Assembly (NCBI GenBank): GCA_965223415.1
Contig: OZ245002.1
Coordinates: 960,001 to 1,024,000, forward strand
From: Myxococcota bacterium
Lineage (GTDB): Bacteria; Myxococcota_A; UBA9160; UBA6930
Reading direction: 5' to 3'
DNA length: 64,000 bases
A model generated the notes under the pieces. The model did not search any database and was not told where the DNA came from. It worked only from the letters and a program-made list of their open reading frames with translations. Positions 26,963 to 36,506 of this stretch are shown piece after piece. Position 1 is the stretch's first letter. Every line of letters starts with the position of its first letter. Position numbers and translations under genes: made by a program.

Positions 26963-28345
26963 GTGAAGTCGATCGAGGACGTGTTTCCGGCGCGCTCCGG
27001 GGAGGCGGGCGAGTACGTCGCCCGTCCGGCCGTGGAGCGCGCCCGAAGCGAGCTGCTGCAGCTGCTGCGAGGCGGCGAGACCTGCGTCCGGCTCGCCGGG
27101 CCGGCAGGCCTGGGCAAGACCCTCCTGCTCCGCCTCGTCGCCCAGGATCTGGGGCCCGACTGGCGCTGCGTCCACCTGTCGAACCCGCGGATCGACGCGG
27201 ACGAGCTGTGGAGACGCATCGCCCGGCGGCTGGCCTCCCGGGGCGCGGCGCCGCGGGTCGTGGCCCGGGTCGCAGCGCAGGCCTACGAGCGCCAGGGCGC
27301 GCTCCTGGTGATCGTCGACGACGCCCACCACCAGCCCGCGCCGACCCGGCGCGCGCTCGCCAGGGCTTGCGCCCATCACGCCGGGCTGCGCGTGTTGCTC
27401 TGCGAGACCGTTCCGGCCGGGGAATCGGACCAGGCGGGCCCCGGGGAGGTGTGGCTGCGCGAGCCCATGACGGCGGCGGAGGCGCGGGCGTACCTGCACG
27501 AGCGGCTCGATCGGGGGCGCGTCCCGGCGGAGCTGCGCGCGCGCTTCGACGGGCCGACGATCGACCGGCTGCAGCGCGAGGCGAAGGGAAGCGTCGCGAC
27601 CTTCCACGCCCTGGCCGGAGCGGTCCTGCGCGAGGAAGACGCCGCCGAGCGGGCAGCGAGCGAGGCCGTGACGCAGGCTCCGGCCCCCCGGGAGCCCGAG
27701 CCCCTGGTCGTGCTGGTTTCGGCCCCGGAGCCGCCGCCCCGGGAGGAACCCCCGAGGCTCCGCAGCGGGAGGCGTCCGCAGACGGTCCGCGAGGCGATCA
27801 AGGCCACGTCTCCGCGCCGGCGACCGCCGGCAGAGCTCCCGTCCGCTCGTCCTCCGGCGTCGACCCGGCGCCAGCCCGCAGTGCGGACCGCACCTGCGCC
27901 CGTCCCCGCGGACGACGCCCCCCCCCGGCGGGCGCTCCCCCGCGCGCGCTCGGGCTGGCTCGCCGGAAGTCTGGTGGTGGGGCTGCTGCTCGGAGTGGCC
28001 GGCACCCGGCTGATGGCGAGCGACCCCGACCCGGCCTCCCCCGTTCCGGAGCCGCCTCCCGTCGCGAGCGCTCCCCCGCCCGCGGTGCCGCTCGGGCGGA
28101 TCAACGTGAACGCGGTTCCCTGGGCGCGGATCGAGATCGACGGCGAGCCGGCGGGCGAGACGCCGCTCGGCGAGCACGAGCTGCCCCGCGGGCCCCACCG
28201 ACTGGTCGCGCGCTTCCCGGACGGGAGCGTGGTCGAGAGGACGGTGGAGCTCGGCAAGGAGGAGGTCTTCCTGCTGCTCCGCCCCGAGGACACCTCGTCC
28301 CCCGCTACCCCGACGAGCCCACTCGCGGAAGCACCCGCTCCGTGA
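26963..28345 (+). CDS. ExeA/GspA-like AAA ATPase + Pro-rich linker + TM helix + PEGA-like domain
   Basis: Walker A GPAGLGKT, Walker B LLVIVDDAH, TM WLAGSLVVGLLLGVAG, C-terminal NAVPWARIEIDGEPAGETPL...GPHRL. Confidence 0.75.
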   Translation: MKSIEDVFPARSGEAGEYVARPAVERARSELLQLLRGGETCVRLAGPAGLGKTLLLRLVAQDLGPDWRCVHLSNPRIDADELWRRIARRLASRGAAPRVVARVAAQAYERQGALLVIVDDAHHQPAPTRRALARACAHHAGLRVLLCETVPAGESDQAGPGEVWLREPMTAAEARAYLHERLDRGRVPAELRARFDGPTIDRLQREAKGSVATFHALAGAVLREEDAAERAASEAVTQAPAPREPEPLVVLVSAPEPPPREEPPRLRSGRRPQTVREAIKATSPRRRPPAELPSARPPASTRRQPAVRTAPAPVPADDAPPRRALPRARSGWLAGSLVVGLLLGVAGTRLMASDPDPASPVPEPPPVASAPPPAVPLGRINVNAVPWARIEIDGEPAGETPLGEHELPRGPHRLVARFPDGSVVERTVELGKEEVFLLLRPEDTSSPATPTSPLAEAPAP

Positions 28346-29303
28346 AGAGCTCAAAGGAGCGCTCCGAGAGCGGTGCCAGCATCAGGTAGGAGAGCGACAT
28401 CGTCTCGCGCAGCGCCTCGAGCTGGTCCGCCACCCGCTCGGGGCTTCCGTGCACGACCACGTCGTCCAGGTAGTGGTCGACCGGGTCGATCTCCGCTCCG
28501 TCGCCGCGGAACGCCTGCACCGCCTGCTTCGTGATGTAGGCGCCGCTGGTCCAGGCCGCGCCGCGGCGGGCCACCTCGAGGGCCTCCGCGTCGGTCTCGG
28601 CGACCGCCACGAGGCGCGTCATCGGAATCGGCCGCCCTTCGGCGACGTGGCCCGCGGCCGTCATGCCCTCGGCCCAACGCGCATGCTTGCGGGCGATCTC
28701 CGCGTGGGGTGAGTGGGGGTCCATCAGGATCGAGAAGCCGCGGGAGGCCGCCCAGTCGACCGCTGGATCCGAGGTGGCGGCGACCCAGGTCGGCGGATGC
28801 GGCTGCTGGTGCGGCTTCGGCAGCACCTCGAGGCCCTCGAAGCGGTGGAACTCGCCCTCGAAGTCGAGCTTCTCCTGGGTCCAGGCGGCGATCACCAGCT
28901 CGACCGCCTCCCGGAAGCGGGCCTGACTCTCGTCGATCGGCACACCGAATGCCTGGAACTCCCGGGGCTCGAAGCCGCGGCCAGCGCCCCAGTTGATGCG
29001 TCCGCCGGTCAGCACGTCGAGCAGCGCGATCTCCTCGGCGATGCGCAGGGGCTGGTAGAGAGCCGCCAGGGTCACGGCGGTCCCGATGCGCAGGTTGCGT
29101 GTGGCGCCCGCGACGTGGCTCGCCATCACGTGCACCGAGGGGCAGACGCTGTAGCCGGTGAAGTGGTGCTCCGCGAGCCACACCGCGTCGTAGCCGTTGG
29201 CATCCATCGTCGCGATCCGCTGCATCGCCCGCGCATACACGCTCTCGAGCGGCAGCTCGCGATTCGGCCAGGAGAAGAACTGGAGGACGCCGACACGCAT
29301 CAC
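28305..29303 (-). CDS. Luciferase-like (LLM) flavin-dependent oxidoreductase
   Basis: WLAEHHF, LRIGTAV, PLRIAEE..LLDVLTGGR..WGAGRG, PKPHQQPHPP. Confidence 0.93.
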   Translation of the reverse strand: MMRVGVLQFFSWPNRELPLESVYARAMQRIATMDANGYDAVWLAEHHFTGYSVCPSVHVMASHVAGATRNLRIGTAVTLAALYQPLRIAEEIALLDVLTGGRINWGAGRGFEPREFQAFGVPIDESQARFREAVELVIAAWTQEKLDFEGEFHRFEGLEVLPKPHQQPHPPTWVAATSDPAVDWAASRGFSILMDPHSPHAEIARKHARWAEGMTAAGHVAEGRPIPMTRLVAVAETDAEALEVARRGAAWTSGAYITKQAVQAFRGDGAEIDPVDHYLDDVVVHGSPERVADQLEALRETMSLSYLMLAPLSERSFELFTERVLPRVGSSG

Positions 29304-29340
29304 CGGACGGTAGCCCAGGCCCGTTCGAGCTCCGTGGCTG

Positions 29341-30387
29341 CTAGTCCGCGGCCCGCGCCAGCTCCGCGGCTCGCCCCAAGGTGTCGAGCCGCTCCGCGTC
29401 GCCCTGGGCGACCGGGTCGAGGCGCAGCACGCCGACGCCCACCTCCCGATAGCGGGCGATGCGCGCCGCCACCTGGGCCTCGCTGCCGAAGAGCGTGGTC
29501 TGCTCGATCATGGCGTCGGGGACCGCCTTGGCGGCCTCCTCCCGCTTGCCGGCGACCCAGAGCTTCTGCACCTCCACCGCTGCATCCTCGAAGCCGCCGC
29601 GCTTGTAGGCGTCGTTGTAGAAGTTCGTCGTCGGCGAGCCCATCGCGCCCAGGGTGAAGGCCATGGCGGGCTTGGCGCGCTGGATGAAGGGCTCGGGGTC
29701 GTCGGTGAAGGCCACCGCGGCACCGACGCAGAGGGTGAGATCGCCCAGGCTGCGGCCGGCCCGCTCGGCGCCGAGCCGCAAATATGCGAAATGGGCATCC
29801 GCGTGCTCGGGGGTGAAGGAGGTACCGAGCCAGCCGTCCGCCAGCTCGCCGGTCAGCTCGAGGGCCCGGGGCGAGAGGGTGGCGAGCCAGATGGGCAGGT
29901 CCGGGTTCGGCGGCTGGGAGAGGCGCAGGGCCTTGCCCTCCCCGCCGGGCCGGGGCAGCACGTAGTGCTCGCCCTGGATCTGGAGCTTCTCGCCGCGGGC
30001 GGCCATGCGCACGATCTCGATCACCTCCCGCATGCGCGCGAGGGGCTTCACGAAGCGCTCGCCCTGCAGCCCTTCGACGACCTGGGGCCCGGAGTTCCCG
30101 AGGCCCAGGATGAAGCGATCGCCGGTGAGAGCCGCCATGCTGAGGGCCGTCATGGCGGTCATGCTCGGCGCCCGGGCACTCACCTGCATGATGCCGGTGC
30201 CGAGGGTCATGCGCTTCACGTGACCGGCCAGGTAGGCCAGGGTGCTCACCGCATCGAGGCCCCAGGCCTCGGCGCTCCAGGCCTGGTCGATCCCGAGCTT
30301 CTCCGCCTCCACGGCGAAGGCCACCGTGCGCTCGAAGTCCCGCTTGCCCCCAGATCCCGCGCCGCCGACCCCGATCGCCGTCTTCAT
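29341..30387 (-). CDS. LLM-class, probably F420-dependent, oxidoreductase
   Basis: WSAEAWGLDA, LGTGIMQ, LGLGNSGPQVVEG, GELADGWLG, GAMGS...NFYN; ATGA overlap with the upstream gene. Confidence 0.9.
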   Translation of the reverse strand: MKTAIGVGGAGSGGKRDFERTVAFAVEAEKLGIDQAWSAEAWGLDAVSTLAYLAGHVKRMTLGTGIMQVSARAPSMTAMTALSMAALTGDRFILGLGNSGPQVVEGLQGERFVKPLARMREVIEIVRMAARGEKLQIQGEHYVLPRPGGEGKALRLSQPPNPDLPIWLATLSPRALELTGELADGWLGTSFTPEHADAHFAYLRLGAERAGRSLGDLTLCVGAAVAFTDDPEPFIQRAKPAMAFTLGAMGSPTTNFYNDAYKRGGFEDAAVEVQKLWVAGKREEAAKAVPDAMIEQTTLFGSEAQVAARIARYREVGVGVLRLDPVAQGDAERLDTLGRAAELARAAD

Positions 30388-32741
30388 GCCGCCTCCACTC
30401 GCTCGACGCGACACAGCGTGTACTTGTGATGGGGGCAGCCGGTGATGGGATCGCGATCCGCCGCGTCGGAGAGATCGTTCACGTTCGCGCCCTGCACCTC
30501 GAGCGCGCCGTCGGGCCCGCTCGGATAGGCCATGCCGAAGCCGTTCGGAATCCAGACGTGGCCTTGCTGCACCTTGGCGTCGACGGCGGCGGGCAGCTCG
30601 ACGGTGCCGCGGCGGGTCGCGACGCGTACCCGCTCTCCCTCGCCGATCCCGAGCTGCTCCGCGTCGGCCGGCGACAGGTGCAGCGAGCAGTGGGGACCGC
30701 GGCCCTTCCGCCACTTCGGATCGCGCTGGATCGTGTTGGCGTTCCACTGGGTGCGCAGGCCGCTGGCCAGGACCAGGGGATAGTCCGGATCGGTGGCGAG
30801 AGGCGTCGCGATGGCACGGGCGATCTCGGGCAGCATCTCCTCCGGCGCGAGGCGGACCTTCTTGTCCTCCCAGCCGACGTGGTCGTCGTAGGCCTCTTCC
30901 GCCGGCGCGGCCCGGGCGATCTCGACGCCTTCGGGATGGGCCAGGATGCGGCGGAAAAGCTCCATCGCCAGCTCGAAGGGCCCCGCCCCCTTCCAATCGT
31001 CGCCGAGGGTGCGGAGCACCGACTCGCGGCGACCGAAGGCGTTCTGCAGAGCGGTCACCCAGAGCCCGATCACCGCCGGCGCCGGCAGCTCCTCGCCCAG
31101 GGTGCGGTAGCCCCAGAAGAGGAGCTCGGTGCGGTTCGACGCCAGCTCCTGCACCTTGGCGAAGAGCGCTGCGGCGCCTTCGGGCGTGGTCCCCTGCTTC
31201 GCCAGCGCGTGGAGCTCGGAGGGAGCCTCCCCGACGAGGCCCATCGCCTCGGCCAGCCGCACGTAGATCTCCGGCTCCGGCAGCGCCTCCTCGGGGCCCG
31301 GAATGATCGGCGGTCGCAGCTGGACGTAGACCTCCGGGTAGCCGCGCGGGAAGCCGCAGTTCTCCCACTTCTCGTAGCCGCAGGGCGTCGGCAGCACGTA
31401 GTCGGCAAGCTCCGCGGTCTCGGTCATGGCGGGATCGATCACCACCAGCAGGTCGAGCTGCTCGCGCGCCTCCCGGAACGCACGCGCGTCGGAGTAGGAG
31501 AGGATCGGGTTCGCACCCTCGACGATGAGCGCGCGGATGCGCTCCGGGTGGTCGACCGTGATCTCCTCGGAGAGCAGGGTGGGCGAGAACATCGGGAAAC
31601 CCCCGATCGCCGAGATGCCACGGATGCCCGCGGCGCGGGTGCGGGGCGGCGCGTCCCAACGCTTCGGGCTCCACTCCGGCGGCGACTGGGTCTCGACGAA
31701 GAGGTTGCCGCCGGGCTGCACGGCGTTGCCCGTGAGGGTCGACACGACGCGGATCAGGTACGAGATCAGGGTCGAGAACGGGAGCTGCTCGACGGCCAGG
31801 TCCCACATGATCGCGGCGGATTCCGCGTGGGCGAGCTCGCCCGCCAGGCGCCGCAGCTCGTCGCCGGTGATCCCGCAGCGGCTCGCCATCTCGTCGACGT
31901 CCACCTCGGAAAGTGCCGTCTGGAGGACCCCAAAGTCCGTGGTCCGGCTCTCGACGAAGGCCGCGTCGGCCAGGCCCTCGCTCGTGGCCAGGGCCGCGGC
32001 GAGGCCGAGCAGGAGGTAGGCATCGCTGCCGGGCTTCGTCTGCAGGTGCCAGTCGGCCTGCCGGGTCGTCTCGGTGTGGCGCGGGTCGACGGCGACGAGC
32101 CTCTGCTCCGGGTTCTCGGCCAGCCGCTTGAAGGTGTCGTTCGGGTTGTGGCCGCGGTTCGAGACGCGTGGATTGGTCCCGAGGGTGAGGAGCAGCTTCG
32201 TGTTCTCCACGTCCGGGTGGAACCAGTTCTGCGGCGGCGAGTCGAACATCCACTGGTCGACGAGGAAGTGCTGGGTCTTCTCCTGGGCCAGCGCACAGAA
32301 CCACCACGGCGAGCCGATCGCGTCCATGAAGCTGAGCGCGTAGGTGCCGTCCATGTGGTTCGCCTGCCCGCCGACGCCAGCCAGGGCAATCGCGTTGGGG
32401 GAGTGCTCCTCGCGGATCGCGGCGAGCTTGGCGGCGATCTCGCGGATCGCCGTGTCCCAGTCGATGCGCTCGAAGCTGCCGTCGGCGCGCCGCCGCAGGG
32501 GGTGCCGTGTGCGTTGGTCGTGGTGGGCGTAGCGGGCGATGCTGAAGCCCTTGTTACAGACGTAGCCCTTCGAGATCGGGTTCGTCTCGTCGGCGCGCAC
32601 CTTCGCGATCCGGCCGTCCTTCACGTCCACCCGCAGGCCGCAGTTGTGGCTGCAGAGCACGCAGACCGTGGGCAGGCCCTCTGCGTCGAGGGGAAGGGGC
32701 GCCTTCGAGATGGCGGGATCCACGTGGGCGACGTCGTTCAT
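30384..32741 (-). CDS. Molybdopterin-dependent oxidoreductase with N-terminal 4Fe-4S site
   Basis: CVLCSHNC...C-K-G, VDPRHTET, DPAMTETAELADYVLP, C-terminal molybdopterin-dinucleotide domain; ATG at 32741. Confidence 0.92.
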   Translation of the reverse strand: MNDVAHVDPAISKAPLPLDAEGLPTVCVLCSHNCGLRVDVKDGRIAKVRADETNPISKGYVCNKGFSIARYAHHDQRTRHPLRRRADGSFERIDWDTAIREIAAKLAAIREEHSPNAIALAGVGGQANHMDGTYALSFMDAIGSPWWFCALAQEKTQHFLVDQWMFDSPPQNWFHPDVENTKLLLTLGTNPRVSNRGHNPNDTFKRLAENPEQRLVAVDPRHTETTRQADWHLQTKPGSDAYLLLGLAAALATSEGLADAAFVESRTTDFGVLQTALSEVDVDEMASRCGITGDELRRLAGELAHAESAAIMWDLAVEQLPFSTLISYLIRVVSTLTGNAVQPGGNLFVETQSPPEWSPKRWDAPPRTRAAGIRGISAIGGFPMFSPTLLSEEITVDHPERIRALIVEGANPILSYSDARAFREAREQLDLLVVIDPAMTETAELADYVLPTPCGYEKWENCGFPRGYPEVYVQLRPPIIPGPEEALPEPEIYVRLAEAMGLVGEAPSELHALAKQGTTPEGAAALFAKVQELASNRTELLFWGYRTLGEELPAPAVIGLWVTALQNAFGRRESVLRTLGDDWKGAGPFELAMELFRRILAHPEGVEIARAAPAEEAYDDHVGWEDKKVRLAPEEMLPEIARAIATPLATDPDYPLVLASGLRTQWNANTIQRDPKWRKGRGPHCSLHLSPADAEQLGIGEGERVRVATRRGTVELPAAVDAKVQQGHVWIPNGFGMAYPSGPDGALEVQGANVNDLSDAADRDPITGCPHHKYTLCRVERVEAA

Positions 32742-32774
32742 GGGGTCTCCTGGCGGGGCGCCTCGATCAGGTGA

Positions 32775-32789
32775 GTTGCGAAATGAAAC
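32775..32789. promoter_or_regulatory. Possible operator of the HxlR-type regulator
   Basis: GTTGC-GAAAT-GAAAC, an imperfect inverted repeat in the short divergent region. Confidence 0.3.
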
Positions 32790-32813
32790 CATATAGGGTC
32801 TCCTCCCACAACC

Positions 32814-33296
32814 ATGCGGTGGGACGAGATCGGCACCCAGACCTGCTCTATCGCCCGGGCGCTGGGCGAGATCGGCGACCGCTGGAGCCTGCTCGTGCTG
32901 CGAGAGGCCTTCCTTCGCACCCGTCGCTTCGGCGACTTCGTGGAGCGCACGGGCGCCTCGCGGAACCTGGTCGCCGACCGCCTCCACAAGCTGGTCGGCG
33001 CGGGGATCCTCGAACGCCGCCGCTACCAGGAGCACCCGCCGCGCGACGCGTATCGGCTCACGGAGAAGGGCCGGGATCTCTACCCGGTCATGATGGCCCT
33101 GGTGCGCTGGGGCGACCGCTGGCACGACGACGGGCGCGGCGCGCCGGTGGAGCACGTGCACCGGAGCTGCGGGCAGGCCATGCACGCGGAGCCAGTCTGC
33201 TCCGAGTGTGGGGAACGCCTCGACCCGCGGCAGGTCGCGGTGCGCGCGGGCCCGGCGCTGGGCGGCAGCCGCGAGGGCGCGCGTTTCAGGGAGTGA
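32814..33296 (+). CDS. HxlR-family winged-helix regulator
   Basis: CSIARALGEIGDRWSLLVLRE, YRLTEKGRDL, WGDRW, C-terminal H..CG...CSECG. Confidence 0.92.
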   Translation: MRWDEIGTQTCSIARALGEIGDRWSLLVLREAFLRTRRFGDFVERTGASRNLVADRLHKLVGAGILERRRYQEHPPRDAYRLTEKGRDLYPVMMALVRWGDRWHDDGRGAPVEHVHRSCGQAMHAEPVCSECGERLDPRQVAVRAGPALGGSREGARFRE

Positions 33297-34290
33297 TCAC
33301 GATCTTGCCGACCACCCTGCGCTCGGCCAGATCACGGATCGACTCGGCGACCCGCTCGAGGGGCCGCACCGCCTGGATCTCGGGCAGGAGCTCGCCCTTC
33401 GCGACCAGCTCGAGCACCGCGCCCTGGTCCGCCGGCGTCCAGCCGTTCGAGCCGAGGATCGTCTGCTCGTAGGTCCAAATGAAGCGGATGTCCGTCGGCG
33501 GCGCATAGCCGGCGGTGGCGCCGCAGGTGATCATGCGACCGTGGGCGCCGAGGCAGCGCAGGGCGGCGGCCCAGGTATCGCCGCCGATGTAGTTGACGAC
33601 CACGTCGACGCCTCCGCCTCCCAGCATGTGCGGCTTGCCGAAACGCTCGTGGACCGCCGCGACGAAGTCCTGCTTCGAGGTATCGATCAGGTGGTCGGCC
33701 CCGAGGGCGCGGAGTCGCTCGAGCTTCCAGTCCGCACTGCCGGCCACGATCATCTCCGCGCCGATCCGCTTGCCGAGCTGGAGACAGGCGACGCCGACCC
33801 CACCCGTGGCACCGAGCACGAGCACCTTCTCGCCCTTCTTCACGCCTCCGCGCGCGTGCATCAAGCGGTGGGCGGTGCCGTAGGCGATCGGCAGGCTGGC
33901 CGCCTGCTCGAAGGAGACGCCATCCGGGATGGGAAGCAGGCTGGTCACCGGGATGCGCACCCGCTCGCAGGCGGCGCCGAGGCGGGTCTCCCCGGTCATG
34001 CCTTCGCCGGGCACGAAGGGGTGGGGGCAGACCCGGTCGCCGATCGTCCATCGCCCCGCGTCCGTGTTGGGACCGAAGGCGACGATGCGGCCGGCGACGT
34101 CGCCGCAGGGAACCATCGGCAGGGGCGTCTTCAAGCCGGTCGTGCCGCCGACGATCATCGGATCGAAGCCGTTGATGGAGGTCGCGGCGACCTCGAGGAC
34201 GACGTCGCCGGAGCGCGGCTCGGGATCCGGGAAGGACTCGACCCGGATCTCCTCCGGGCTTCCGTGGCGATGGAACACGGCGGCGCGCAC
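33286..34290 (-). CDS. MDR-superfamily (quinone/enoyl) oxidoreductase
   Basis: GATGGVG, AASLPIAYGTAH, CGATAG, GKIVI. Confidence 0.9.
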   Translation of the reverse strand: MRAAVFHRHGSPEEIRVESFPDPEPRSGDVVLEVAATSINGFDPMIVGGTTGLKTPLPMVPCGDVAGRIVAFGPNTDAGRWTIGDRVCPHPFVPGEGMTGETRLGAACERVRIPVTSLLPIPDGVSFEQAASLPIAYGTAHRLMHARGGVKKGEKVLVLGATGGVGVACLQLGKRIGAEMIVAGSADWKLERLRALGADHLIDTSKQDFVAAVHERFGKPHMLGGGGVDVVVNYIGGDTWAAALRCLGAHGRMITCGATAGYAPPTDIRFIWTYEQTILGSNGWTPADQGAVLELVAKGELLPEIQAVRPLERVAESIRDLAERRVVGKIVITP

Positions 34291-34347
34291 GTCCCTCTTC
34301 TAGCCCATCCGGCGCAGGCGCACCGGGTCTCGTAGGATGGATCGGCC

Positions 34348-36381
34348 ATGCGCGTCTTCCTCCCGGCCATCGTCGCGCTCGCACTGGCCCACGGTGCCGG
34401 TGGGGAGACGTCGCCAATCGTGGCGCGCTCGGAGCTGCCGGGGGGTGGCAGCGCAGGGGACGTCTTCTTCCTGCCCGCAGCGGAAGGAGCGGTCGCCGTG
34501 GGCGCCGCCCACTCCTTCGACCGCGCCCAGCTTGCCGAGGCGCTGGAGATCCACTTCCTGGGGCCCGGAGGGGAGCCGATCGCCCGCTCGCGTCGCTACT
34601 TCGCGCCCCCCGGTCGCCCCTACCACGCAGCGGGGGCGACGATGCGGGACGACTTCCTCGTGTTCGCCCTGCCGGAGCCGCCCCGCGGCGTGCGCGTCCT
34701 CGAGCCGGCGCCGGCGCTGCCCGGGGAGGGCGCGGCGCTCCGCATCGTGAACGCGTCGGGAAGCGAGATCCGCGGCCGGGTCGCCCGAAGCGATGGAGCA
34801 CGCATCGAGGTGGACCTGGAAGGGCTGCCGGACCTACGCGGCTGGGGCGGTGCGCCGGTGCTCGAGGGGGAGAGCGGGCGGGTGATCGGGCTGCTCCAGG
34901 CCGCCTGGCCGGCCGGGGGACGTTGGCGGGCCGGGGTGGGGCCGATCGGAGGCGTGCTGGAGGCGATCGCCCGGCCCTACGACGGGGGACTGGGACGCCT
35001 CTTCGCGACGGAGGCCCCGCAGGCGAGCGCGGCCAACAGCCCCCTCGCCCGGCGGCGCGAGGCGACCGGCTCCGCCCACGGCGATCCGGGCGCCGAGGCG
35101 ACTCGGCTCGCGGTGGCGAGCGCCGCCCAGCGCGCACCGCAGCCGCCGCGCGCGCGCGAGGGCCCACCCTCCCTCGCGATCGAGTACCCGCCCCGGGGCA
35201 GCCGTATCGGGGATGCGGGCGTCGCCTTCGTGAGCGGCCACGCCACGGCGGTGGGCCCCAGCGGCGGACGCTTCGACCTGGTGATCGTCCTCGACGTGTC
35301 GGACTCGACGAGCGCGCCCTCGGGCGCGGACGTGGACGGCGACGGCGTGGTCGGACACCCGGTGGCGGCGCGCTTCGGGGCGAGCAGCGACCCGGGGGAT
35401 TCGATCCTCGCCGCCGAGACCGCGGCGGCGCGGCGCCTGCTCAGCGGGCTGGACGCCCGTCGCACCCGGGTCGGCCTGATCGTCTTCGGCGGAGACGCGA
35501 TCGTCAGCCCGGGCCTGGGGCGGGGCGTGGTGCAGGTGAAGCGCGCCGCCCTCACCGTCGAGCCGCTGACCTCGGACGTGGCCCGCATCGAGCGCGCCCT
35601 CTCGGAGCTGCGCGAGCCGAGCCCCGGAGAGGCCACCCACATGGCCGCCGGCATCGACCAGGCCACCCTCGAGCTGCTGGGCCTGCGTGGGGCCCTCTCC
35701 CGCACGGATCGGGGCAGCGAGAAGATCGCCCTCTTCTTCACCGACGGGCGGCCCACCCTGCCGGTACCCGATTCGGAGGCGGCCAACGTGCGCGCCGTGC
35801 TCGAGGCCGCGCGCCGCGCCCGCGCCCTGGGCGTGCGCATCCACTCCTTCGCCCTCGGCCCCGAAGCCCTCGCCGGCCCGATCGCTCCCGTGGAGATGGC
35901 GGCGATCACCGACGGCCTCTTCACCCCGGTGCGCCACCCGGGGGAGCTGGCGCGCTTCGTGGACACCGTGCGCTTCGCCGCGGTGGACGAGGTCGTCGCC
36001 CGGAACGCGACGAGCGGCCAGCCGGCCCACCAGGTTCGCCTGCACGCGGACGGAGCCTGGGAGGCCCTCGTCCCCCTCGAGCCCGGGGAGAACCGGCTGG
36101 AGATCGTGGCCCGGGCCGACGATCGGCAGCGCCGGGAGGAGATCGTCGTCGTGCACGAGCCGGCCGCCGCCGGCCCGCCCATTCCCGCCGAGCTGGTGGC
36201 GCGCCGCGGGCAGCTCCTGCGCGGCCGCCTCGAAGCCCTCGAACGCGAGCGCATGCAGCGCATTCGCAAGGAGCTGGTCATCGAAATCGAGCGCGAGCGC
36301 ACCGCAGCCGTGGAACGCGCCCGGCGGATGCGCAAGAAGCTCCGCATCGAGGTGGAGCGACGGAATCCCGGCGAGCCCTAG
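34348..36381 (+). CDS. Secreted vWA-domain protein with degenerate trypsin-like N-terminal domain and C-terminal coiled coil
   Basis: Signal peptide; AAHS/DDFLV/GWGGAPVL; MIDAS DVSDST, T in EATHMAAGI, FTDG; DVDGDG loop. Confidence 0.8.
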   Translation: MRVFLPAIVALALAHGAGGETSPIVARSELPGGGSAGDVFFLPAAEGAVAVGAAHSFDRAQLAEALEIHFLGPGGEPIARSRRYFAPPGRPYHAAGATMRDDFLVFALPEPPRGVRVLEPAPALPGEGAALRIVNASGSEIRGRVARSDGARIEVDLEGLPDLRGWGGAPVLEGESGRVIGLLQAAWPAGGRWRAGVGPIGGVLEAIARPYDGGLGRLFATEAPQASAANSPLARRREATGSAHGDPGAEATRLAVASAAQRAPQPPRAREGPPSLAIEYPPRGSRIGDAGVAFVSGHATAVGPSGGRFDLVIVLDVSDSTSAPSGADVDGDGVVGHPVAARFGASSDPGDSILAAETAAARRLLSGLDARRTRVGLIVFGGDAIVSPGLGRGVVQVKRAALTVEPLTSDVARIERALSELREPSPGEATHMAAGIDQATLELLGLRGALSRTDRGSEKIALFFTDGRPTLPVPDSEAANVRAVLEAARRARALGVRIHSFALGPEALAGPIAPVEMAAITDGLFTPVRHPGELARFVDTVRFAAVDEVVARNATSGQPAHQVRLHADGAWEALVPLEPGENRLEIVARADDRQRREEIVVVHEPAAAGPPIPAELVARRGQLLRGRLEALERERMQRIRKELVIEIERERTAAVERARRMRKKLRIEVERRNPGEP

Positions 36382-36506
36382 GGCCCGTCTCGGAGATATC
36401 CTGCGCGCCCGTCTCACCGAGGAAGGCCGGTACGCGCTCCACGTTTCTGAGACCGGCCCTGGGTCGAGCGAGCTAGACTGCGGCCTGCAGGCAGGAGGAC
36501 GGGTTC

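Noticed and set aside
28305..28345. Convergent 3' overlaps (also 33286-33296 and 51310-51352)
   Set aside because: Short tail-to-tail overlaps are common in GC-rich genomes.
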